Shown here: positions 35,133-44,472 of the stretch, piece by piece | How positions within the stretch are numbered: position 1 is the stretch's first letter | Layout of the letters: each line of letters opens with the position of its first letter | Source: a virus | Lineage: Duplodnaviria; Caudoviricetes | Direction: 5' to 3' (one strand) | Length of the DNA stretch: 64,000 bases | Virus record (IMG/VR): IMGVR_UViG_3300025909_000005 | Made by a program: the position numbers and the translations under genes | Notes under the pieces: model-generated | Told to the model about the DNA's origin: nothing | The model's database searches: none | The model's input: only the letters and a program-made list of their open reading frames with translations

Positions 35133-37072
35133 TGGCTGATCCAAATAAGTCACTGTACGAACCAACGGAACATCGAACCACTCTCGATGAGTGCGCAGAT
35201 GCGGCCGGCTCGTTCAACAACCCGAACACACCAAACTCGGGCCTGCCACCGATTCCAGCTGGCACTATTCCAAGCCCAGGTGGTGGTGTTGTCACGCCTC
35301 CAAACGTCTACGTTCCACCTGACATCTGCATTGGTGACTTCACCATCTCGCAGAACGAGTGTGCGATCAACGATAGCAACTACCAGCAGTCACTCGCTGC
35401 TCAGCAGTTGGCCATCTCTGGTGCACCGCTGAACGTTTTCAAGCTGCTCGGCAATCATGAACAGGGAAAGCTGATTGACCTCGTTGGTCACGGCCACGCA
35501 ATTGGCTCTGACGATACCTCAATGGCCTTCGACGAGCTTGCTGGTGAGTGGACCTCCTCAGTCACCGGCCTCGCTGTCACGCAGACGCCTGCCTATGTTG
35601 GCTACGATTTCGGCTACCGCCTCACGTCTTACGGCCAGCTTGAGAACGCCAAGGGACAGCCGGCAGACCAGCACATCACCTCGATCCGAATCACACAGGG
35701 TCCAGACGCCAACACCCGCGCCCTTCAAGTTCGTGTCGATCGCTCTGACGGTGACTTCATCATGGGCACGCCGATCTACACCGCGACTGGTAACGGCACG
35801 GTCACTCGCTTCAGCCAAGGCATTGACACCAAGCCAGGCGCGTTCATGCTCTTCGCGACGTCGCCTACCAAGTTCAGCGTCATGTGGACCGGAAATGGCA
35901 CCTACATTCTAGGTGACGCCACAGTCGGTCAGATGTTTGACTCCAAGCACGGCTCGTTCGTCATCGCTCCTGGCACCATTCCATTTGCTGCAGGCGACGC
36001 CATCTCGGTGCCCATCCAGCTCGAGTGGAAGCGCGTTGACGTAGTGAACCTTCCGAACGTTGCAACTCCTGCCCTGATTCGTATCAAGCAGTCGGCACCA
36101 TCTCGCTTCTGGCGCATCGTCCCGACCTCATTTGCTGGTGTAACCACGAACTCTCCTTGGGTCGTTGAGAAGCTCGAGCTCTTTGACTACCAAGCCACGA
36201 TGCTCACGGACATCCAGGACCCGCTGTTCATGGAGAACCGAGACCGCGACTACGCGAAGACCTCCATCCAGCTGAAGGTTGCCTACACTCCATTTGACGC
36301 GGTCTCTGACCTCACGAAGTTCGGCTTCCAGGTCGCAGACATCTACAGCTTCACGACGACCTTCGCCACCATGGTTGAAGCTCTAGGCCGCCCAATTGTT
36401 GTTGGTGACGTGCTTGAGCTTCCATCCGAGATGCAGTGGGACCAGAACATGCGTCCCGTTCGCAAGTTCCTCGAGGTCACTGACGGTGGCTGGGCAGCGG
36501 ACGGCTACACCACAGGCTGGCAGCCAATCATCTACCGCTTCCAGGCGCAGCAGCTCATCCCAGGTCAGGAGCACCGTGACCTGCTTGGCACCCTTGACAC
36601 GCAGAAGTACGTCGTCGATGACGGCCGCTTCTTTGATGGCATCGAACAGATCTCCACTGGCTACCTCACGGCCATGGAGAACAACGAAGCTGAAGCTCGC
36701 AAGGCAGTTCCAGAAACGGGCACGAACGTTCGTGAAGCCGCCTCTGGTACGAATCGCTTTAACCAGCCCGGCTCCTACGACGGCGTTGGCGTCTACGTCG
36801 AGGACGGTCTGCCACCAGATGGCCATGAATACAAGACAGGCTTCGACAAGCTGCCGGATGTCGCTGAGGCCAACGACGGCGACTACTTCCGCCTGGAGTA
36901 CTCACCTGAGCGCAACCTTCCAGCTCGCCTCTACAAGTTCAGTGGAGTCAAGAACCGCTGGATCTTTGTTGAGACTGACCGTCGCAACCAGCGTTCGTCG
37001 CACACCCCATCACAGCGCGAAATCTTTGCTCTTGACAAGCAGTTCTCGCCAACAGCCAAGAAGATCTCATGA
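35132..37072 (+). CDS. gp14: Neck protein (T4 gp14-like) with inserted beta-sandwich domains
   Basis: ISGAPLNVFKL, ENRDRDY, DLTKFG, GRPIVVGDVLELP; follows gp13. Confidence 0.7.
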   Translation: MADPNKSLYEPTEHRTTLDECADAAGSFNNPNTPNSGLPPIPAGTIPSPGGGVVTPPNVYVPPDICIGDFTISQNECAINDSNYQQSLAAQQLAISGAPLNVFKLLGNHEQGKLIDLVGHGHAIGSDDTSMAFDELAGEWTSSVTGLAVTQTPAYVGYDFGYRLTSYGQLENAKGQPADQHITSIRITQGPDANTRALQVRVDRSDGDFIMGTPIYTATGNGTVTRFSQGIDTKPGAFMLFATSPTKFSVMWTGNGTYILGDATVGQMFDSKHGSFVIAPGTIPFAAGDAISVPIQLEWKRVDVVNLPNVATPALIRIKQSAPSRFWRIVPTSFAGVTTNSPWVVEKLELFDYQATMLTDIQDPLFMENRDRDYAKTSIQLKVAYTPFDAVSDLTKFGFQVADIYSFTTTFATMVEALGRPIVVGDVLELPSEMQWDQNMRPVRKFLEVTDGGWAADGYTTGWQPIIYRFQAQQLIPGQEHRDLLGTLDTQKYVVDDGRFFDGIEQISTGYLTAMENNEAEARKAVPETGTNVREAASGTNRFNQPGSYDGVGVYVEDGLPPDGHEYKTGFDKLPDVAEANDGDYFRLEYSPERNLPARLYKFSGVKNRWIFVETDRRNQRSSHTPSQREIFALDKQFSPTAKKIS

Positions 37073-37740
37073 TCACCTTCAAGCAATTTCTACTTGAGCA
37101 GGACGACCCTGATCTCTTCCAAGTCCTTGAGCGCGATTGCGCTGACTTCCTGCATCAGTCGCAGCGGGTAGGACTGATCTATCGTGGCATTCAAGAGACG
37201 TCTCTTGCCAACCACCATGACTACGCTATCCACGATGCTGGGCACCATGGCCCCATTGAGATGTGGGAAAAGCTCGTCAAGGGTCAGGGTGGTCGATCAA
37301 GTCGCCGGCCTCGTGATTCAAGCTCGTCACAGCACGATGCAGCTGATGCTTGGTTCGAACAGAAGTTTGGTGTCTACGCCCGCTCAAAGTCACTGTTCGC
37401 TAGTGGAAACAAGCACGCCCTCTCTGACTACGGTGACACCTACATCGTGTTGCCAAAGGGCCACATGAACGTCATCTGGTCCCCGAAGGTTGATGACATG
37501 TACGGCCACTTTGAGACTGGAGAATGGGGCAAGATTCGTCAGGGACTCCGGATGGGTTCCGTTTCTGAAGAGGAATTTTGGCACCAAATTGGCATGGACC
37601 TCGACGATCAGGACTACCGTGAAGGTGACCTTCCAGCAGGTATCAAGTCAGGCAACGAGCTCATGATTCAGTGCAACTCGTACTACATCATTCCAGTCGC
37701 TGATGAAGCAGCGATAAAGCGCGGGCTCAAGATCGAATGA
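37069..37740 (+). CDS. ART-like paralog with MITFKQFLLE tag
   Basis: IYRG, RSKSLFASG, YGDTYIVLP, SGNELMIQC. Confidence 0.5.
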   Translation: MITFKQFLLEQDDPDLFQVLERDCADFLHQSQRVGLIYRGIQETSLANHHDYAIHDAGHHGPIEMWEKLVKGQGGRSSRRPRDSSSSQHDAADAWFEQKFGVYARSKSLFASGNKHALSDYGDTYIVLPKGHMNVIWSPKVDDMYGHFETGEWGKIRQGLRMGSVSEEEFWHQIGMDLDDQDYREGDLPAGIKSGNELMIQCNSYYIIPVADEAAIKRGLKIE

Positions 37741-38366
37741 AGACGTTCAAGCAGTTCATTTCTGAGGCGCAGTTCGATGACATCGATGCGGCCGTAGATG
37801 AGATCCTCCACCACTGTGGACCATTTCTTCATGAGTCTCGTCGCAAGGGTTTCCTGCAGCGTGGCATGCAGGGACTTGACCTTACGCCGTGGGATGACAA
37901 GTCGGTCCCATACGTTATCAAGAAGGTGAACAAAGAACGCGTACCACGTCGAGGTGCCGGCCTGAACGCCATCGAGCACAAGGTCGTTGACGACTTCCTC
38001 CACGACAAGCTCGGCATTCGTGGTCGTTCTCAGGCGATGTTCTGCATTGGCCAGTCTGAGAAGGGAACGCAGAAGGCCAGCCAGTTTGGTACGCCGTACA
38101 TCGTCTTCCCGATCGGTGACTTCAAGTACGTGTGGTCGCCTGAGGTCTTTGACATCTTTGGCCAGCTTCACTACAAGAGTGAGGACCCTGAAGAGCAGAA
38201 GAAAGAGATTGAGACCTGGCTGGAGGGCAAGAAGTACCGCACGACGGGCCTTGATCAGGCGGTGAAGTCTGCGAATGAGATCATGATCGACTGCGAGACG
38301 TACTACGTCTTCAGTAAATACATGTGGGCCCACAAATTCCGAACAAAACTAGGCATCGGCCTCTGA
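37737..38366 (+). CDS. ART-like paralog with MKTFKQFISE tag
   Basis: LQRG, RSQAMFCIG, FGTPYIVFP, SANEIMIDC. Confidence 0.5.
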   Translation: MKTFKQFISEAQFDDIDAAVDEILHHCGPFLHESRRKGFLQRGMQGLDLTPWDDKSVPYVIKKVNKERVPRRGAGLNAIEHKVVDDFLHDKLGIRGRSQAMFCIGQSEKGTQKASQFGTPYIVFPIGDFKYVWSPEVFDIFGQLHYKSEDPEEQKKEIETWLEGKKYRTTGLDQAVKSANEIMIDCETYYVFSKYMWAHKFRTKLGIGL

Positions 38367-38367
38367 C

Positions 38368-39171
38368 ATGGCAATCCAAAACTACTGGTACGACGGGCAG
38401 GTACGACAGTTCCTGCTTCAATTTGTGGCAATCTTCCATGGTCTGCAGGTGCAGACGGGCAAGGGAGAGTGTGACGTTCCTGAGATGATCTCGGTACCAG
38501 TCGTTGTCGGCAACAAGGACCGCGTCGTCGCAGCCATTCTCCAAGGCAACACGCACAACCGCATGTTCTCGTTGCCAACGATGGCTGTCCACATCAACGG
38601 TCTCGAAATGGCTGATGATCGTCGACGCGCTCCAGGTATGGTAGACCAGCGCACCCACCTTGAGGTTGGCGGAATCTTCCCGAACGACCTGACAGTTGTA
38701 AAGCGCGTCATGCCAGTTCCATACAACATGGTAATGGAGCTCTCCATCTACGCCTCGAACTCTGACCAGCTTTGGCAGATCCTCGAGCAGATCCTGGTGC
38801 TCTTCAATCCAGACATCCAGATCCAAAAGTCGGATGGTGAGTTCGACTGGACCAAGATTACTCGCGTCATCCTCACGGACATCAACAACGAAGAGAACTA
38901 CCCAACAGGAACGGACCGTCGCCTGACCGTCTGGACCCTGAACTTCCTCATGCCGATCTGGCTGAGCATCCCGATGGGTGCGCGTGACGACCTCGTCCGT
39001 AAGATCATCATCCAGATTGGTGAGCTCGACACGATCACCCTAGATGAGGTCGATGATGAAGGTAACATCACGCCGTTCGGTTCACCGCTCGCCCGCATCG
39101 AGCTCGACGGTCACCCAGTAGAAGGGGTCCCTGGCGATCCAGAACAGGTGGATCGTGAAGAAAACCTTTAA
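38368..39171 (+). CDS. gp15: Tail sheath stabiliser/terminator (T4 gp15-like)
   Basis: YWYDGQVRQFLLQFVAIF, MPVPYN, QILEQILVLFNP, VWTLNF. Confidence 0.9.
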   Translation: MAIQNYWYDGQVRQFLLQFVAIFHGLQVQTGKGECDVPEMISVPVVVGNKDRVVAAILQGNTHNRMFSLPTMAVHINGLEMADDRRRAPGMVDQRTHLEVGGIFPNDLTVVKRVMPVPYNMVMELSIYASNSDQLWQILEQILVLFNPDIQIQKSDGEFDWTKITRVILTDINNEENYPTGTDRRLTVWTLNFLMPIWLSIPMGARDDLVRKIIIQIGELDTITLDEVDDEGNITPFGSPLARIELDGHPVEGVPGDPEQVDREENL

Positions 39172-40603
39172 GCAGTTCCTTGAGGCGCGTATGACGCCGA
39201 CCTCATTTGCCTCTGCCCTTGAGCGCATCGGCAAGGACGCCAAGATGGGCTTCGAGTTTGAGTGCTTCGTCGGTGAGAAGTCAGACCTCTTCCGCGGTGA
39301 GCCATCTCCTGCTGTCCCAGTCCTGAACCTTGACCGCATCGGTACACTCGCCGACTTCCTCGACGTCTTCTACATGTCGATGGCCGAGCATGACAAGCTG
39401 CGCAAGGACCTGGCAAAGTGGAAGGTCGACAACCCTGGCAAGATGTGGATCGACTACATCAAAGACGAGTACGACTCTGTCGAGCGCTTCGTTCAGCTCA
39501 ATGATCTCAAGCCGATCTACGGCTGGACTGATCACAAGGAAGACACCGTCTACACAGAACACCCAGCAACATCTGACCATGTCGTGCCATATCAAGATGT
39601 GGCCGACGCCGCCATCGCTGCCCTTAAGGAGTGGCTTGGCAAGAACGTCGTTGACGGTGTCAGCAAGTCTGAGTGGGCCATCACTGATGACGGCTCGATC
39701 AACAGCCATGGCAACGGTCCAGGCGTAGGCATCGAGATTGTCTCGCCTCCTCTGCCAACCGAGGAGGCGCTTGACGGACTGCAGTCAATCTTCCGCTTCA
39801 TCAAGAAGTACGACCTCGTCACGAACGAGTCGACTGGCCTGCACATCAACATCTCTATCCCACACCTACGTGAACGCCTTGACCCGCTCAAGCTAATCCT
39901 GTTCATGGGTGAGGAACACATCCTTGAGAAGTGGGCTCGCACGAACAATGAGTACACGAAGTCGCACGCCAAGGAGATTGTCGATGACATCAAGAACCAC
40001 GGCGTGCCAAAGGAAACTGGCATCTTCGAGGTCTTGAACCGTTTTCTGAGCAAGCACAAGTACCACACCGTCAACCTCAGCAAGCTTGCTGCTGGCTACC
40101 TTGAGTTCCGTGTGGCAGGTGGAGACAACTACCACGAAGAGATTCAGAAGGTGAACCAGACGATTGGTCGCTTCCTGTCCGCCCTTGAAATTGCCTGCAG
40201 CGCCGACCTTGAACGTCAGCAGTACCTGAAGAAGGCGAGCAAGCTCTTTGGCGCGGCCATCTCGGCAGCTAAGTCAGGCGAACCGATGGAAACCGCAGAG
40301 GAGTTCCTCCAGGCCGGTGGCGGCTACTCTAAGACGGAGCAGCTCCTAGGTCTTGTCAAGGACGATGCCGATGAAAACACCGCGGCCTACGTCGTGTCCT
40401 CTCTGATTGTTCGCGTCATCGGCTTCATGCAGCGTCGCAATCTCGATCCAAGCACACGCGTCAAGATCCAGGTGCGTCAGATCTTCCGCAAGCTGCTCGC
40501 AAAGTACCCTGACCTGTGGGAAAAGGTCAAGGACAAGCTCGTTATGCATGAGCACCAAGACCTAGAAGACTTCATCCGGATCTTCGGTTTGAGTGGAAAG
40601 TAG
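39155..40603 (+). CDS. Putative amidoligase (COOH-NH2 ligase type 2) with MKKTFKQFLE tag
   Basis: GFEFE, ITDDGSI, GIEIVSPPL, TNESTGLHINIS, KYHTVN, YLEFRVAGG. Confidence 0.8.
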   Translation: MKKTFKQFLEARMTPTSFASALERIGKDAKMGFEFECFVGEKSDLFRGEPSPAVPVLNLDRIGTLADFLDVFYMSMAEHDKLRKDLAKWKVDNPGKMWIDYIKDEYDSVERFVQLNDLKPIYGWTDHKEDTVYTEHPATSDHVVPYQDVADAAIAALKEWLGKNVVDGVSKSEWAITDDGSINSHGNGPGVGIEIVSPPLPTEEALDGLQSIFRFIKKYDLVTNESTGLHINISIPHLRERLDPLKLILFMGEEHILEKWARTNNEYTKSHAKEIVDDIKNHGVPKETGIFEVLNRFLSKHKYHTVNLSKLAAGYLEFRVAGGDNYHEEIQKVNQTIGRFLSALEIACSADLERQQYLKKASKLFGAAISAAKSGEPMETAEEFLQAGGGYSKTEQLLGLVKDDADENTAAYVVSSLIVRVIGFMQRRNLDPSTRVKIQVRQIFRKLLAKYPDLWEKVKDKLVMHEHQDLEDFIRIFGLSGK

Positions 40604-40635
40604 TGACGTTCTGGACCGGATTCCTGACCTAGGAA

Positions 40636-40641
40636 TAAATA
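40636..40641 (+). promoter_or_regulatory. Late promoter TAAATA
   Basis: GGAATAAATAC upstream of the sheath gene. Confidence 0.7.
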
Positions 40642-40692
40642 CCCGCATGAACAACCAGAGCAGGTCTATCTGCCCACAATAGGAGAACAACA

Positions 40693-42537
40693 ATGGCAAC
40701 ACTGGTTTCACCAGGTACGTCGGTCACTGTTACTGATCAGAGCTATTTCATCCCTGCAACGGCAACGACAGTACCACTGATCTTCATTGCCACGGCAGCA
40801 GGAAAGACCCAGACTGACGGAGTTACGCCAGCAGCAGGTACCCTCGAGCACTCTGTCGTCCGTACCGTCACGTCTCTCAACCAATCGCTTCAGCTTTACG
40901 GCGTTCCAAAGTTCCGCGCAGACACATCTGGCAACCAATTCCACGGTGATGCACGCAACGAACAGGGCCTGTACGCGCTCAATCACTTCCTTGGCGTCGG
41001 CAACGTCGCCTACGTCGTTCGCGCCAACATTGACCTGACCGACGAGCCACAGACCTTCATCAGCCTTGGCACTCCAGTTATTTCTGGTGAACCAACGTTC
41101 TACGGCATTGGCAACGGTACCCTCTCGAACTTCGCTACGCAAGGTTCGACTGTCAAACCACAGCTCATCACTGTTACGTTCAGCTCGCCTTCGACCTTCT
41201 CGGTAACGGGCTCGGTCGCTGGCTACATCGGCGCTGGTTCTGTTGGTCTGCCGTTCGCATCGAACGTGATCAACTTCAACTCGGCTGCTGGCTCCGTCGC
41301 ATTCGCAGCTGGTGACAAGTTCACCTTCGCTCTCGTGTACATGGCGCAAGCCGGGTCAGGTAACGTCGGTAATGGTTCCCTCGTCAATCTCGTGACTGAC
41401 ACCCTCGCCGTTCCTGAAACTCTCACCGTCTCGTTCACCTCGCCAACAGCCTTCACGGTCACTGGCACGGTCTCGGGCTCTGCTGGTTCTGGCGTGATCA
41501 ACACGCCGTTCGACAACAACCGCGTCAACTTCACGGTCATTCCTGGCACCGTCGCCTTCGCAACTGGCGATGAGTTCACGATCGACGTTTCCTCGGTCAC
41601 CGTCTCGGCTCCTCTCGGTGCCAACGACGCAGCCAAGCGCGTTGCAATCGTTACCGCTCTCCAAGCTGAAATCAACAGCAACGTTGACGTTCGCTCTGAG
41701 ACGTACGAGTACAACCTCGTCCTCTGCCCAGGTTTCCCTGAGGTCGTCGACGAACTGCTCGCCCTCTCGGCTGACGTCAAGGACGAAGTGTTCGTCATCG
41801 CTGACACGCCTTCGTACCTGTCGCCTGAACAGACCGCTCAATGGGGTCTCACGTCGGAGCGCTTCAACTCCACGTCGGCTGCGTACTACTACCCATGGGC
41901 TCTCGCCTCAAACCTCGATGGTACCAACGTTCTCGTTGCTCCGTCGGCCGTGGCGCTGCGCACCTTCGGTGTGAGCGACAACGCAGGCTACGTCTGGAAC
42001 GCACCAGCTGGTGTCTCGCGCGGTCTCGTTACTGGCGTCTCGCAAGTTGGTTACATCACTGGCACACCAGGCACGGCAACGACCTTCGTTCCTGTGAACC
42101 TGAACCAGGGCCAGCGCGACATCCTCTACGAGTACGACACCAACATCAACCCGATCACGTTCTTCCCAGGTCGTGGTCTCCTGGTTTGGGGTGCCAAGAC
42201 TTCGGCTCCAGCTGCATCGTCGCTTGACCGCGTCGGTCCAGTTCGCCTCGTCATGTACCTGCGCCGCTCGCTGCGTAAGGGTTCGTTCCCATTCACGTTC
42301 GAACCAAACGACAAGATCACTCGCGACAACTTGAAGGCAGCTGCTGACGCAATCCTGCATGACATCCTTGTCAAGCGCGGTCTGTCTGACTTCGCAACGT
42401 ACTGCGATACGTCGAACAACTTCGGTTCACGCATCGACAACAACGAGCTGTGGCTTGACGTCGCGATCAAGATCGTCCACGATGCTGAATTCATCTACAT
42501 CCCAATCCGCGTCCTGACAGCTGACGCAACACTCTAA
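40693..42537 (+). CDS. gp18: Tail sheath protein (T4 gp18-like)
   Basis: LVSPGTSVTVTDQS, AYYYPW, VAPS, WNAPAG..RG, INPITFFPGRG..VWG.KT, RGLSDF. Confidence 0.93.
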   Translation: MATLVSPGTSVTVTDQSYFIPATATTVPLIFIATAAGKTQTDGVTPAAGTLEHSVVRTVTSLNQSLQLYGVPKFRADTSGNQFHGDARNEQGLYALNHFLGVGNVAYVVRANIDLTDEPQTFISLGTPVISGEPTFYGIGNGTLSNFATQGSTVKPQLITVTFSSPSTFSVTGSVAGYIGAGSVGLPFASNVINFNSAAGSVAFAAGDKFTFALVYMAQAGSGNVGNGSLVNLVTDTLAVPETLTVSFTSPTAFTVTGTVSGSAGSGVINTPFDNNRVNFTVIPGTVAFATGDEFTIDVSSVTVSAPLGANDAAKRVAIVTALQAEINSNVDVRSETYEYNLVLCPGFPEVVDELLALSADVKDEVFVIADTPSYLSPEQTAQWGLTSERFNSTSAAYYYPWALASNLDGTNVLVAPSAVALRTFGVSDNAGYVWNAPAGVSRGLVTGVSQVGYITGTPGTATTFVPVNLNQGQRDILYEYDTNINPITFFPGRGLLVWGAKTSAPAASSLDRVGPVRLVMYLRRSLRKGSFPFTFEPNDKITRDNLKAAADAILHDILVKRGLSDFATYCDTSNNFGSRIDNNELWLDVAIKIVHDAEFIYIPIRVLTADATL

Positions 42538-42548
42538 AGGACACCCTC

Positions 42549-43064
42549 ATGTCTACAAACACCCAGTCCCAAGGCCGCAGCTACGAATCGGAAAAGGACT
42601 TCACGTACGTTCCGGTTTCCAGCGACACCCCTCAGCGCGAGCTAAACCGCTGGATTCTCCAGTACGACCGCGCGCTGAACGTTGGCGACGTCACAAAGGA
42701 CGCTGCTGCAAAGCAGGCCGCCATGCTCTACGGCCCAGTCATGGCGCACGGCACTGCAGCTCCAACGCTCTCTCTGACCCAAGGCACCGCCGCAACGGTT
42801 ACTCTCTCGACGATCTCGAGCGGTACACCAGCATCGGTCTCGGCAACCGCCGGTTCCGTTCCTGCTGGCATGGCCCTCGCTGTCTCTGGTCAGACCGTCA
42901 CGCTCGCGGGTACGCCATCGGCTGCTGGCGCAGTTAGCTTCACCGCTACTGTTGTCACCGACCACGGCTCTGTTAACGTTGCAGTCACTGGATCGGTTGC
43001 CGCTTCGGCACCAGCTCCTGCTCCATCGCCAGCTCCTGCTCCATCGCCAGCTCCTGGCCCTTAA
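42549..43064 (+). CDS. Virion protein with Ig-like domain and Pro/Ala tail
   Basis: GSVPAGMALA..GQTVTLAGTPSAAG; 18-bp tandem repeat encoding PAPAPS near the end. Confidence 0.6.
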   Translation: MSTNTQSQGRSYESEKDFTYVPVSSDTPQRELNRWILQYDRALNVGDVTKDAAAKQAAMLYGPVMAHGTAAPTLSLTQGTAATVTLSTISSGTPASVSATAGSVPAGMALAVSGQTVTLAGTPSAAGAVSFTATVVTDHGSVNVAVTGSVAASAPAPAPSPAPAPSPAPGP

Positions 43065-43085
43065 GGTCTAACGCTCAAGCAATTG

Positions 43086-43110
43086 AAGCCGAGGTTCGCC
43101 TCGGCTTTTT
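43086..43110 (+). terminator. Intrinsic terminator
   Basis: AAGCCGAGG-TTCG-CCTCGGCTT-TTT. Confidence 0.85.
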
Positions 43111-43151
43111 CATTTCCGGCCCGTTTGATGCTGGAAAACATGACCTACGCA

Positions 43152-43157
43152 TAAATA
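43152..43157 (+). promoter_or_regulatory. Late promoter TAAATA
   Basis: GCATAAATAG; AAGGAG SD before TTG 43204. Confidence 0.7.
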
Positions 43158-43203
43158 GGTTCATCTTGAGAAACACAGGTCATTAGACCCAAAGGAGAAA
43201 AGC

Positions 43204-43812
43204 TTGGCAACTCTTAGCAACTTCGGTATTCCTGGAGCAGGCGCCGGCATTCTACACCCACGTCTGAAGTACAAGTTCCGCGTCACGTTCAGCGGTATCG
43301 GACAACTGGTGCCAGGTGCAAACTCCCGCAATCTGACCATGCAGATTGTCACGACGACCCTCCCGAACCTGACCTGGGAAATGGTTACCCTGAACCGCTA
43401 CAACTCGACCGCATACGTCGCAGGCAAGCACACGTGGGAAGCCATCAACATGACGTTCGAAGACGACATCACAGGTCTCGCCACGAAGGTCATCGAAGCT
43501 CAGATGGAAACCCAACAGCGCATCATCGGTGCCGACCTTGACGGTCGTTGGCTGAACACTGCAGCAACTGGTTCTGACTACAAGTTCGGCGTTCGCATCG
43601 ACCAACTGGACGGTGACGAAGGCGTTGTAGCTACCTGGATCCTTGAAGGCGCGCAGTTCGAAAGCGTTGACTTCGGCGACCGTGACTACGCAGCCAACGA
43701 AGCTGCCACGATCACAGTTGGCATCCGCTACGACCACGCACGCAAGATCGAGTCTGGTACCGGTTACGGTACGGCTCTTGGCGGTAACGTCGTTGGCAAC
43801 TCCAACACCTAA
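43204..43812 (+). CDS. gp19: Tail tube protein (T4 gp19-like)
   Basis: KYKFRVTF, TLPNLTWE, YVAGKHTWEAINMTFEDD, ITVGIRYD. Confidence 0.85.
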   Translation: MATLSNFGIPGAGAGILHPRLKYKFRVTFSGIGQLVPGANSRNLTMQIVTTTLPNLTWEMVTLNRYNSTAYVAGKHTWEAINMTFEDDITGLATKVIEAQMETQQRIIGADLDGRWLNTAATGSDYKFGVRIDQLDGDEGVVATWILEGAQFESVDFGDRDYAANEAATITVGIRYDHARKIESGTGYGTALGGNVVGNSNT

Positions 43813-43831
43813 GCTCGAAAGAGCTTCTGAG

Positions 43832-43853
43832 AAGGGATCCCGTGGGATCCCTT
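43832..43853 (+). terminator. Hairpin terminator
   Basis: AAGGGATCC-CGTG-GGATCCCTT then TGTTG. Confidence 0.7.
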
Positions 43854-43881
43854 TGTTGTATAATGGGCTGTAAATATGACC

Positions 43882-44472
43882 ATGAACCTTACCTTCAAAG
43901 AATACCTGCAAGAAGAAGCCGTTGGCAACTTCAACGAGAACGAGCCACGCCACGTCTCTGACGAGTTCGTTCGTGGCGGTCGACCGCTCAACAAGGCGGC
44001 GATCAAGGAGCTGAAGGGTAAGGGGATCCAAACGGTCATCTGCCTGCTTCGCGCAGACAAGAAGTACCCAGCTGAGATCTCAGGCGTCGAAGCCGAGAAG
44101 GAAGCTGTCGAAGCTGCAGGCATGAAGTTCGTTTCCATCGATATGGACGAACGTAAGAACCCATCTGAAGCGGACATCAACAAGTTCCTGGCCGCCGTGA
44201 AGAGCGGCGGTAAGTCGTACGCGCACTGCTCCGCAGGTCGAGACCGAGTCGGCCTGATGAACGCGATCTACGACATGAAGGTCCTGCACATGTCCTACAA
44301 GGACGCGTACACCCGCTACCTCAAGGGTGGCCATGACTACGCAACCTGGACCAACCTCGACAAGTTCTTCTACAAGTACGCGCACGGCACACCTGAAGCC
44401 GCGAAGGACGCGATCGAAGCAGGCGCCCACCCAGCCGACGCGAAGTGGCTGTACCAATACATCACAGAATGA
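43882..44472 (+). CDS. Dual-specificity/tyrosine phosphatase-like protein with MNLTFKEYLQEE tag
   Basis: FVRGGRP, GIQTVICL, AHCSAGRDRVG (Cx5R); TAAATA 43871-43876, 5 nt before ATG. Confidence 0.85.
   Translation: MNLTFKEYLQEEAVGNFNENEPRHVSDEFVRGGRPLNKAAIKELKGKGIQTVICLLRADKKYPAEISGVEAEKEAVEAAGMKFVSIDMDERKNPSEADINKFLAAVKSGGKSYAHCSAGRDRVGLMNAIYDMKVLHMSYKDAYTRYLKGGHDYATWTNLDKFFYKYAHGTPEAAKDAIEAGAHPADAKWLYQYITE

Noticed and set aside
43011-43056. 18-bp tandem repeat CCAGCTCCTGCTCCATCG
   Set aside because: Encodes a Pro/Ala linker tail; ordinary low-complexity coding repeat.
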